Positions 18,805 through 26,776 of a stretch of DNA of 64,000 bases are shown here, in pieces. How positions within the stretch are numbered: position 1 is the first letter of the stretch; every line of letters starts with the position of its first letter. Below the pieces are notes generated by a model. The model ran no database searches. It saw only the letters and a list, made by a program, of their open reading frames with translations, and was not told where the DNA came from. The position numbers and the translations under genes are program-made. The DNA comes from an uncultured Bacteroidales bacterium (GTDB taxonomy: Bacteria; Bacteroidota; Bacteroidia; Bacteroidales; UBA3824). The stretch lies in NCBI GenBank assembly GCA_946624925.1, contig CAMOSO010000072.1, positions 84,896-148,895 of the forward strand, read 5' to 3'.

Positions 18805-19890
18805 ATGGAAGCATACAAGATAAAAGGCGAGGAAGATATTCCCACCGTGATATTGGACAGGGAAAACAATGTATTTGAAATTTCGGGGCGGTCGCTGCCG
18901 GAAAGCTCGGTCATGTTTTTCAAACCGATTTTGAATTGGCTCGACGAGTACAAGCACAATCCTCTGCCGAGGACGGAGTTTGTATTCAATATGAGTTATT
19001 ACAACACCTCCACTGCCAAGCAAATCCTCGAAATTCTCTTGCGCCTCGAAGACATTTATAGTACGGGACACGACGTGCGTGTAACGTGGATATATGAAAG
19101 CGGCGACATTGATATGGAGGACGCCGGTGTGGAGTACGCCCGTATTGTCAACGTGCCAATCATTATGACTACCGCAGAGGTGGCGTTGCAGCAAAAAAAA
19201 GACGAGCAGACAAAGGGCAACCCCAAAAACGGCATAGAATTTCAAAAGAACGAAACTTTCATTGTAACCATCAGCCGCGAACTCGGTGCGGGAGGCCGCG
19301 TCGTGGGTCGTCTTCTTGCAGAAAGACTGCGCATCAACTATTTCGATTATGCTGTTATAGAGGCACTTACAAACCAATACGATAAAGATACCGACATCGT
19401 AGAGAAGGTCAACAAAGACCAAAAAAACAGTTGGTGGAGCGGCATCCGCGACCTCATAAAAACCAATATCGGCAAAAAAGAGCAGTCGGAAACTTCTGTC
19501 GCACCCCTTTCTGACAAGCAACAGGAAATCCTCAACCGAATCGCCCGCAACGAATCCTGCATTGTGGCGGGACAGAGCGCGTTTTATATTTTCAGGGATT
19601 ATCCCAATCATATCAACATCTTCATCTGCGCATCGGACGAAAACCGCATCGCAAAACTGATGACCCGCGAGGGAATTTCACGCGAAGAGGCGATAGAAAT
19701 CATCAACCGCGTATCGATGGAGCGCGATATGTACGTAGTAGAAAATACGGGAATGCCGCGACACGACACCCGCAATTATGACCTCGTAATCAATATGGAC
19801 AACATCTCGGAGGAGGACGCCGTAAATATCATCATCTCGTACATCGAGACCAGGAAAAAATACTTTGCCCTCCTTGTTGACAATGATTAA
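18805..19890 (+). CDS. SiaC (DUF1987) domain fused to a cytidylate-kinase-like domain
   Basis: N-terminal ISGRSLPE...FFKPILNWL...YYNTST...WIYESGDIDMEDAG; C-terminal TISRELGAGG..GRLLAERL..NYFD...NYDLVIN. Confidence 0.8.
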   Translation: MEAYKIKGEEDIPTVILDRENNVFEISGRSLPESSVMFFKPILNWLDEYKHNPLPRTEFVFNMSYYNTSTAKQILEILLRLEDIYSTGHDVRVTWIYESGDIDMEDAGVEYARIVNVPIIMTTAEVALQQKKDEQTKGNPKNGIEFQKNETFIVTISRELGAGGRVVGRLLAERLRINYFDYAVIEALTNQYDKDTDIVEKVNKDQKNSWWSGIRDLIKTNIGKKEQSETSVAPLSDKQQEILNRIARNESCIVAGQSAFYIFRDYPNHINIFICASDENRIAKLMTREGISREEAIEIINRVSMERDMYVVENTGMPRHDTRNYDLVINMDNISEEDAVNIIISYIETRKKYFALLVDND

Positions 19891-19892
19891 AT

Positions 19893-20711
19893 CTACTTCT
19901 TTTCAATCTTTTCAAACGACTCGCTCTTGCAGTCGTAATTGATGAAGTAAGTGCCTTTGGGGTACGACGACACATCTACGCTCGCCGCCTTGCCCTTGGT
20001 CATACGTCGCCCGTAAAAATCATAAATTTCATAGTCGGTCGCTCGGCTAAAAGTAATTGGCCCCGCGGTCTGCCCGTTGTTGCCGGGCTTGAAAGTTACC
20101 TCGGGCAGGAGGTTGTTGTAAGTAACTTCGTTGGAGTAGCGCGGCTTTTTGGTGCAATCTACCTGTTTGAGCCTCAGCTTGTTGATACCAGAATGTAGAG
20201 GAACATTCACGCTGTAATTATTGAGCGACGGCGTTCCTTTGCCATTGACCTGAGCCACGGCAATCCATTTTTTCCATTTGAACTGTTCCACCACGAAGGG
20301 CAGCGAACCCTTCTCCTCCTTGGTCGAGAAAGTGAGCCGTCCGGTCTTATCGACCTTCATCGAGACCACGTTGTATGTGCTTTGCGGTTTAAGTACCTCA
20401 GGATTAAGCACTTTTGGGGTGCAACCGTCCTTATGTTTGATGACCACGACAACGGGATCGCCCTGCGCGAGATGGTATTGCGTAAGGTCGATTTCAAAGC
20501 CGGAGCGATTGAGTTCGTCCATAGTAACAGTGCCGTTGACCGTAATCTCGTATATACAAAACCCCACGCCGGAGGCTGCAAAGGGATTGGTAACAAAGAT
20601 GTTCTGCCCTTTGAAAATGCCTTCGACCCTGATTTCGTTGGCAGCCCCCGCCTTCGTAAAATTTAGGAGCGTCAGTAGCAACAATATGATATTAAGACCT
20701 TTAACTTTCAT
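19893..20711 (-). CDS. Secreted hypothetical protein with T9SS-like C-terminal domain
   Basis: Signal peptide; C-terminal YEIYDFYGR...VDVSSYPKGTYFINY. Confidence 0.65.
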   Translation of the reverse strand: MKVKGLNIILLLLTLLNFTKAGAANEIRVEGIFKGQNIFVTNPFAASGVGFCIYEITVNGTVTMDELNRSGFEIDLTQYHLAQGDPVVVVIKHKDGCTPKVLNPEVLKPQSTYNVVSMKVDKTGRLTFSTKEEKGSLPFVVEQFKWKKWIAVAQVNGKGTPSLNNYSVNVPLHSGINKLRLKQVDCTKKPRYSNEVTYNNLLPEVTFKPGNNGQTAGPITFSRATDYEIYDFYGRRMTKGKAASVDVSSYPKGTYFINYDCKSESFEKIEKK

Positions 20712-20771
20712 AATTCAATGTATAATTAGTAACGATTAGTAGCAAAACAAAATCGCCCAAATATACATATT

Positions 20772-22547
20772 TTATTTTGAATTTTCAATTAATTTTATCA
20801 ATTCATCAACGGCATTTTCTTCGGGGATTGCGCGTTTGACCACTTCGCCCGCCTTGTAGAGCGCGATTTTGCCTTTTCCTGCGCCCACGTAGCCAAAATC
20901 TGCGTCCGCCATTTCGCCCGGACCGTTGACAATACAGCCCATAACGGCGATTTTTAGGTTGCAATATTTGGACGTTGCAGCCTTGATGCGCTTTACAGTG
21001 CCCTGCAAATCGTACATCGTCCTGCCGCACCCCGGACACGATACGTATTCGGTCTCCGTAACGCGCAAACGACTGATTTGCAATATCTTGAACGCCATCT
21101 CAACGGCTGCGACAGGGTCTCCATTGCTCTCCAAGCATACTCCGTCGCCAAATCCATCGATGAAAATTCCCGCACAAACAGCCGCCGGCGCAAATTTCTT
21201 GAACCGTGCGTCCTGTTCTCCGCCATCAGGTTTCAGGAGGACAGGGCAATTGATGTTGTTTACTTTTAATTGATTGAAAATCAACCTCATCGCCGCAGTC
21301 TTGTTGCGGCTTTGCGGCTCGGCGATGATGAGTTTATTAATAATATTTTTATTATTAATAAACTTTTCATTCACATAAACCACTTCAACACCCTTATTAT
21401 CAGCCGTTTCGCTATTGTCGAAAATCATTATTCCACGGAGCAATGAGCGGCACTTTGCCACAATATTGCCATCGTTGCAGATAACGAGATCGGGCTTTTT
21501 GTTTGCCTTGACGAGCGAATCGAGGGCGGCTGCGAGTTTCATCAGTTCGTCTTCGTTGTTGATGGTGATGGCAACGGCTGCCGGATTGTCGCCGCCAAAA
21601 ATGCCGACGGCGGTAGATTTGCGCTTTTGATAATGGTAAGGGTCGTAGAAGAATGGAATTTCGGGAAGTGCATCGCTCTGCGCGATATAATCACGGTAAG
21701 CAACAATTTCTTGCGCGGGAAGTATCTCGTTTTCAGGCTGTTCGGTAAGCGAAACACGGATAGTGTCGCCAATGCCATCGTTCAAGAGCGGACAAATACC
21801 GGCGGCAGATTTGATGCGTCCGTCGTCGCCCTCGCCCGCCTCGGTAACGCCAAGATGCAGACAATAATTCATCTTCTCGTCCTTCATCGCCTTCACCATC
21901 AGACGCGCCGCACGTATCGCAACAGTCGGATTAGACGATTTCAACGAAATCGCAACATCCTTGAAATCCTCAGCCTTGGCAATTCTCAAAAATTCCATCA
22001 CCGACTCCACCATTCCTTCGGGCGTGTCGCCGTAACGATTGAGAATCCTCTTTGCCAACGAGCCGTGATTGGTGCCAATCCTGACCGCCGTACCGTGTTC
22101 GCGGCACACTTTCAGGAAATTGCGGAATGTATCTTCCAACAATTTGCCCTCCGCCTTAAACTCCTCCTCGGTCAAGCAAGCCAATTCGTGATGACCAAAA
22201 TTGCCCGGATTGACGCGCACTTTTTCAACGATTTTGGCGCACTCGAATGCTATCTGCGCATTGAAATGCACATCGGCAACGAGGGCGCAGATGCCGTTGA
22301 TACGCTCGTGAATTGCCTTCAACGCCTCCACATCCTTCATCGACGGCACGGTAACGCGCACGATTTTGCAACCGGTTAGGTTGACAACGCCAATTATTTG
22401 TGCCACAGTCTTCTCAACGTCGTCAGTTGGAGTGTTGCACATAGTTTGGACGACGATTTCATTATCGCCGCCTATCTTAACGCCGCCAATCTTCACCTCG
22501 TTGGTAACATTGCGGTTATAATTGGTTAACGAACTGATATATTCCAT
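20772..22547 (-). CDS. ispG: (E)-4-hydroxy-3-methylbut-2-enyl-diphosphate synthase (long form)
   Basis: VADVHF, RVNPGN, RIGTNHGSL, HLGVTEAG, GDTIRVSL, SCPGCGR, MGCIVNGPGE. Confidence 0.96.
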   Translation of the reverse strand: MEYISSLTNYNRNVTNEVKIGGVKIGGDNEIVVQTMCNTPTDDVEKTVAQIIGVVNLTGCKIVRVTVPSMKDVEALKAIHERINGICALVADVHFNAQIAFECAKIVEKVRVNPGNFGHHELACLTEEEFKAEGKLLEDTFRNFLKVCREHGTAVRIGTNHGSLAKRILNRYGDTPEGMVESVMEFLRIAKAEDFKDVAISLKSSNPTVAIRAARLMVKAMKDEKMNYCLHLGVTEAGEGDDGRIKSAAGICPLLNDGIGDTIRVSLTEQPENEILPAQEIVAYRDYIAQSDALPEIPFFYDPYHYQKRKSTAVGIFGGDNPAAVAITINNEDELMKLAAALDSLVKANKKPDLVICNDGNIVAKCRSLLRGIMIFDNSETADNKGVEVVYVNEKFINNKNIINKLIIAEPQSRNKTAAMRLIFNQLKVNNINCPVLLKPDGGEQDARFKKFAPAAVCAGIFIDGFGDGVCLESNGDPVAAVEMAFKILQISRLRVTETEYVSCPGCGRTMYDLQGTVKRIKAATSKYCNLKIAVMGCIVNGPGEMADADFGYVGAGKGKIALYKAGEVVKRAIPEENAVDELIKLIENSK

Positions 22548-22602
22548 CTTCAACGAAAATTTTATTGATTAACGCCGCTTGCGCGGCTTATTTTTTAACG
22601 AC

Positions 22603-22726
22603 AATTACCGTCAATTAACAAAAAATTATCGTCAATTTTTTTTATTCTATTAACAAATAATTATCGTCAATTATTTTTATAACATCCCAAAATTGACGGT
22701 AATTGACGAAAAAATTGACGGTAATT
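22603..22726. repeat. Inverted cluster of AATTAYCGTCAATT units
   Basis: Three forward copies (22603, 22624, 22659) and two reverse-complement copies (22691, 22713). Confidence 0.85.
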
Positions 22727-22743
22727 TTCGTTTATAAAATTAA

Positions 22744-22766
22744 GCGGGCGAGCCGCCCGCGCTCCA
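22744..22766 (-). repeat. REP-like palindrome TGGAGCGCGGGCGGCTCGCCCGC
   Basis: Same family as the copies at 29617-29709 and 34386; lies just after the rlmI stop. Confidence 0.75.
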
Positions 22767-22771
22767 CACTA

Positions 22772-23968
22772 CTATTCCACGTAGAGGACGAGGCCTTTGA
22801 GGTATTCGCCCTCGGGGTGGTACATCGAGATTGGGTGGTCGTTGGGCTGTGTGAGTTGGTGGAGGATGCGGATTTTGCGCTTGGCTTGAAGCGACGCCTC
22901 CATCACTGCCATACGAAATGTCTGTTTGTCAATCGCCTGAGAGCAAGAGAATGTGAACAAGATGCTGCCCGGCGCAATGCGCTCCATCGCCGCACGGTTG
23001 ATGCGCGTGTAGCCTTTTACAGCCTGATTGGTAACATTGGCGTGCTTGGCAAAGGCGGGCGGGTCGAGGATGATGAGGTCGTATTTGTTGGGCTCCATCT
23101 TGTCGAGAAATTCAAATGCATCGGTCGCGATTGCCTCGTGGTTGAGGTCAAAACCATTCAATTCGCAGTTCCTAACTGTCAAGTCGATAGCGGTTTGCGA
23201 TGCGTCAACGGAAGTAACGCTCGATGCGCCGCCCTTGAACGCCGACACCGAAAATCCGCCCGTGTAACAAAACATATTCAATACATTCCTGCCCTTGGAA
23301 TACTGACGGAGAAGCAACCTGTTTTCGCGTTGGTCAACGAAATAACCCGTCTTCTGACCCTCCACAACGTTCACATAAAATTTCATTCCGTACTCCAAAA
23401 CCTCCTTCTCAGCCTCGTTGCCGTAGAGAAAACGGTTTTCGATAGCCGCGCCGTCAGATTTGGGGATGGTCTTGTCGCTCTTGTCATAGATGGTCGTTAC
23501 CTTGTCGCCGAGTATCTCGCGGAAAATCTCCGCAAACATCTCCTCCAACAAGTACATACCTTTGCTATGTGCCTGAAAAACAACAATTCCGTTGTAATAA
23601 TCACAGATAAAACCCGGAAAACCGTCGCCCTCGCCGTGTATCAACCGGCAGACGTTGGTATCGGGACTGTCGAGATAACCAATTGACTGTCTAAGCCTTA
23701 TTGCAGATTCAATCTTAGCCTTCCAAAATTCGTGGTCGGGCTCCACCTCGTCGAAGGTAAACATACGCACGGTAATAGAGCCAATCTTCTGATAATGACC
23801 GAGTCCGAGGAAAGTATTGCGGCTGTCATAGACGGCAACATTCTCACCATCAACGGCATTGCCAATAATATTCTTGATTGCGCCCGAGAAAATCCACGGG
23901 TGCAAACGCTGCAAAGACCGTTCCTTGCCGGTCTTCAATATCACTTTGGGGTAGTTGTACTGTCGCAT
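22772..23968 (-). CDS. rlmI: Class I SAM-dependent rRNA methyltransferase, RlmI family
   Basis: PUA HPWIFSGAI, HGEGDGFPG, GQKTGYFVDQRENR, LNMFCYTGGFS, ILDPPAF, FSCS, GEYLKG. Confidence 0.88.
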   Translation of the reverse strand: MRQYNYPKVILKTGKERSLQRLHPWIFSGAIKNIIGNAVDGENVAVYDSRNTFLGLGHYQKIGSITVRMFTFDEVEPDHEFWKAKIESAIRLRQSIGYLDSPDTNVCRLIHGEGDGFPGFICDYYNGIVVFQAHSKGMYLLEEMFAEIFREILGDKVTTIYDKSDKTIPKSDGAAIENRFLYGNEAEKEVLEYGMKFYVNVVEGQKTGYFVDQRENRLLLRQYSKGRNVLNMFCYTGGFSVSAFKGGASSVTSVDASQTAIDLTVRNCELNGFDLNHEAIATDAFEFLDKMEPNKYDLIILDPPAFAKHANVTNQAVKGYTRINRAAMERIAPGSILFTFSCSQAIDKQTFRMAVMEASLQAKRKIRILHQLTQPNDHPISMYHPEGEYLKGLVLYVE

Positions 23969-24040
23969 TTTGTGTAAGTTTTTTTGATGCGCAAAGATAG
24001 CAATTTTCTACCACCCGATAAAAAATTTTTGCTACAAACG

Positions 24041-24760
24041 TTACAATCCCCTCGACAAATCCTCGTTGTACTCCACGAGTTTTTGCTGCATCTGCGCCGC
24101 CGACTTCTTGAAATCGGCAAAGGTCATACCGCCCGACAGCAATCCGCCCAACAGCGGCACAGCCTTGCCCAAGACGTTGGGCGCGCCCTTGTTTGCGAGC
24201 CTTTCGCCTATCGAGGTGAGGATTTTGCGGGCGAGTGCGAATCCGGCAGTCTTCATCAAAAACTCCACAAACTCCTTGCCCGAATTTTTCCACGCACCTG
24301 TCAACACCTTCTGTATCAACGAGTCAACACTATTGACTCCAAGCATAAATCCAAGGCACAGCAACGTGCTACTCTTGCGGTATTCGTAGTCGGTAGGGAA
24401 CGCGGTTTCGTAAAAATTGACGCCATAGATATAAGCCAACTTCTGCGACAGGATGACGTAATACGCAAGGTTTTGCACGATGTCGGGACCCGCCGCCGCA
24501 ATGCCCCACACGCCACCCGGCAGCCCCGCAAGGAACGACAGCCCCGCAGTCTGCAAAACAGCACTTTTAATAATCTTGTCGGCGATATAATTGACCTCCG
24601 TAATGCCAATCGCCCGCACCGGATTGTCAACAAAATACATTTGCTCCTCCTTCGAGAGATTTGGCTTGTACTTAAAAAGCGTCTCCCTCAAAAATTGCTC
24701 CCTGTCCACCCTCGTGGCGGGATTGTCGATGGCGTTGATAATTAAGGTGTTGATGTTCAT
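24041..24760 (-). CDS. EcsC-like hypothetical protein
   Basis: LAGLPGG...DIVQ...SQKLAYIYG, KAVPLLGG. Confidence 0.6.
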   Translation of the reverse strand: MNINTLIINAIDNPATRVDREQFLRETLFKYKPNLSKEEQMYFVDNPVRAIGITEVNYIADKIIKSAVLQTAGLSFLAGLPGGVWGIAAAGPDIVQNLAYYVILSQKLAYIYGVNFYETAFPTDYEYRKSSTLLCLGFMLGVNSVDSLIQKVLTGAWKNSGKEFVEFLMKTAGFALARKILTSIGERLANKGAPNVLGKAVPLLGGLLSGGMTFADFKKSAAQMQQKLVEYNEDLSRGL

Positions 24761-24778
24761 AATAGTAAAGGTGTTAAA

Positions 24779-25036
24779 TTATGCAGCGATACCTTCCGAA
24801 AATAGATATTCGGGCGCAATATCAATTTGTCCGTCAAGCCAAGTTACCGTCCATCCGTCAAGTGCAAAATTAGCAAACACAGCCTCGTTCCTCAACGGCG
24901 CAAAGACCTTGTAACGTTCAATCAATGGCATACAGTCAAATATTTTCACACTACCATCGTTGAACGTCAGGGACAATTTGTAATCAGCGACAGGCTTCGC
25001 CGAAGTTACCCAAATGAGAGGATTGTCAAGTTTCAT
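24779..25036 (-). CDS. DUF2442-family protein
   Basis: YKLSLTFNDG...TVTW...DIAPEYL. Confidence 0.88.
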   Translation of the reverse strand: MKLDNPLIWVTSAKPVADYKLSLTFNDGSVKIFDCMPLIERYKVFAPLRNEAVFANFALDGWTVTWLDGQIDIAPEYLFSEGIAA

Positions 25037-25037
25037 A

Positions 25038-25295
25038 TTAGTCCAAGGGATTAATTGTTATTAAAGATTCGCCTTTTTCCATTCTTTGCCAATTTTCCAA
25101 AAGTTCGTCCTGATGCAAATCAAGCCATTCATAGACAAAATTCAAGGCTCGACGCGGCATCTCACCAACGACCTTGCCTGTCTTGATGTCAATCGTCGCA
25201 CGATACTCATTATACTTAACGTGAAAGTGCGGCGGATTGTGGTCGGGAAGGTACATTGTTATGATGATTCCATAGAAACGACTAATTTCCGGCAT
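25038..25295 (-). CDS. DUF4160-family protein
   Basis: MPEISRFYGIIITMY..DHNPPHFHVKY...LLENW. Confidence 0.92.
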   Translation of the reverse strand: MPEISRFYGIIITMYLPDHNPPHFHVKYNEYRATIDIKTGKVVGEMPRRALNFVYEWLDLHQDELLENWQRMEKGESLITINPLD

Positions 25296-25400
25296 AGTAC
25301 AATTGTTTTTAAGTTCTTTGCAAAACTACAAAGTTTTTTTGGATATGGCAAAAAAAATGTTCTGTCGGTGCAAAAAAATTGATGTTTTTTATGGGTTTTC

Positions 25401-25426
25401 GGAGCGTTGACAAGCAACGCCCCTAC
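25401..25426 (-). repeat. GTAG-type REP-like palindrome
   Basis: GTAG-GGGCGTTG-cttgt-CAACGCTC on the minus strand. Confidence 0.55.
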
Positions 25427-25534
25427 AACATACTGTAATGGGGTTGTTACACTTTTTAGTCGGAGTTTTTGGTAAAAAGCCAGAAAAATTATTGTTCAAT
25501 AATTCTTTTTATTATTTTTGCAAAAAATTTGAAT

Positions 25535-25999
25535 ATGAGTTACGATTTGATGGTTTTTAACAAAGAACGGCGTTTCAACGAGCGGAATGCGTTCTTGAAA
25601 TGGTATGATGACCTCATACAATGGCATGAAAATGTCGATTATAACGACTACAAACATACTATGCCCGAACTGCAACAATGGTTTTTGTATATGAAAGACA
25701 TTGTTCCTCCACTGAATGGCGAGTTTGCTCCCAAAGACGAAGATTTTGGGAAAGGCGATTTTAAGGAAGCAGACTATTGTATCGCGACAGAAGCAATTTA
25801 TGTTGCATTTGCTTGGCAAGACGGGGAAAAAGTTCATCAAATTGTCAAAGATAGTGCGAAAAAGTTTTCTCTTGCTTTCTTCGACATCACAAATAATTGT
25901 GTCGTTTACCCTGATGGTTTTGTGTTAGACCTGTCCGAGACAACAAGCAAAAAAATGTCATTTTGGCAAAAGATAAAAAAAGCATTTGGCAAAATGTAA
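25535..25999 (+). CDS. Hypothetical protein
   Basis: 154-aa ORF MSYDLMVF...DYCIATEAIYVAFAW...AFFD with upstream AT-rich promoter region. Confidence 0.7.
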   Translation: MSYDLMVFNKERRFNERNAFLKWYDDLIQWHENVDYNDYKHTMPELQQWFLYMKDIVPPLNGEFAPKDEDFGKGDFKEADYCIATEAIYVAFAWQDGEKVHQIVKDSAKKFSLAFFDITNNCVVYPDGFVLDLSETTSKKMSFWQKIKKAFGKM

Positions 26000-26016
26000 A
26001 AATCTCCTTACCTTTG
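25985..26016 (+). promoter_or_regulatory. Bacteroidota sigma-A promoter
   Basis: TTTG (25985) - 20 nt - TACCTTTG (26009). Confidence 0.75.
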
Positions 26017-26040
26017 CCAAAACGCAAAACTATTACAACT

Positions 26041-26496
26041 ATGAAATTAGCAGAAGCATTACAGGAACGCGCCGATTTGAGCAAAAAAATCGACCAACTC
26101 AGATACCGCCTCGAAAGCAACGCCACAGTGCAGGAGGGCGAACAGACGGCGGAAGACCCGCAGGAACTTCTTTCAGAACTCGACACGGCAATCAGCCGCC
26201 TCGAATACCTCGTATCGCGCATCAACCTCACCAACTGCACAGTGAAGGCCGACGGCAAGACGCTCACCGAAATCATCTCCGAAAAAGATTCCTTGGTGAA
26301 GAAACACTCAATCCTGAAAAATGTGGTCGCCAGCGCAAGCAACATCTCCAACCGCGCCACACGCAGCGAAATCAAGATAAAACGCGCCGTGGACGTCAAG
26401 GCTATACAAGCCGCCACCGACGAAATTGCCAAGCGCATCCGCATTCTCGACAACCTCCTCCAACAGACCAATTGGACGGCAGACTTGATGGAATAA
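26041..26496 (+). CDS. DIP1984-family (DUF6847-like) helical protein
   Basis: MKLAEALQERADL...NATVQEGE..AEDP..LL...RINLTN...RATRSEIK...LQQTNWTADL. Confidence 0.85.
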   Translation: MKLAEALQERADLSKKIDQLRYRLESNATVQEGEQTAEDPQELLSELDTAISRLEYLVSRINLTNCTVKADGKTLTEIISEKDSLVKKHSILKNVVASASNISNRATRSEIKIKRAVDVKAIQAATDEIAKRIRILDNLLQQTNWTADLME

Positions 26497-26504
26497 CGAA
26501 ACAA

Positions 26505-26679
26505 AGTTTTTTCGGGGTGAATGTCAAACTCAGTGAAAGAGTCAAATTTCACAAAATAGTCTGCGAAACTATCAGCGTGGCTACGGGCGCCACATAAACT
26601 TAATTGTCAAGTCCCTTATACATTACAAATGTATGGAGTAACGCTCATTGTCAACACCACGACATTAACCGGAAAAACT
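26505..26679 (+). ncRNA. Candidate structured RNA downstream of the DIP1984-family gene
   Basis: Ends pair (26505-26525 with 26661-26679) and enclose four hairpins; lies between the stop codon and the terminator. Confidence 0.6.
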
Positions 26680-26680
26680 G

Positions 26681-26716
26681 CGGTCTTGGAGCATTTGCCT
26701 CCGAGACCGTTTTTTT
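26681..26716 (+). terminator. Intrinsic terminator
   Basis: CGGTCTTGGAG/CTCCGAGACCG 11-bp stem followed by a T tract. Confidence 0.85.
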
Positions 26717-26776
26717 ATTTGCGAGAAAAGTGCTAATTTTGCGGCGTTAATAAACAACAAACATAACACACATCAA

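Noticed and set aside
22703-23686. 327-aa plus-strand ORF
   Set aside because: Antisense to rlmI; starts inside the repeat cluster
25986-26597. 203-aa alternative-frame ORF running into the candidate RNA
   Set aside because: Starts upstream of the predicted transcription start; R/P/Q-rich off-frame composition
26505-26679. Retron msr-msd or tRNA
   Set aside because: Terminal pairing resembles retron a1/a2, but no reverse transcriptase is in the window; no T-loop or CCA and too long for a tRNA
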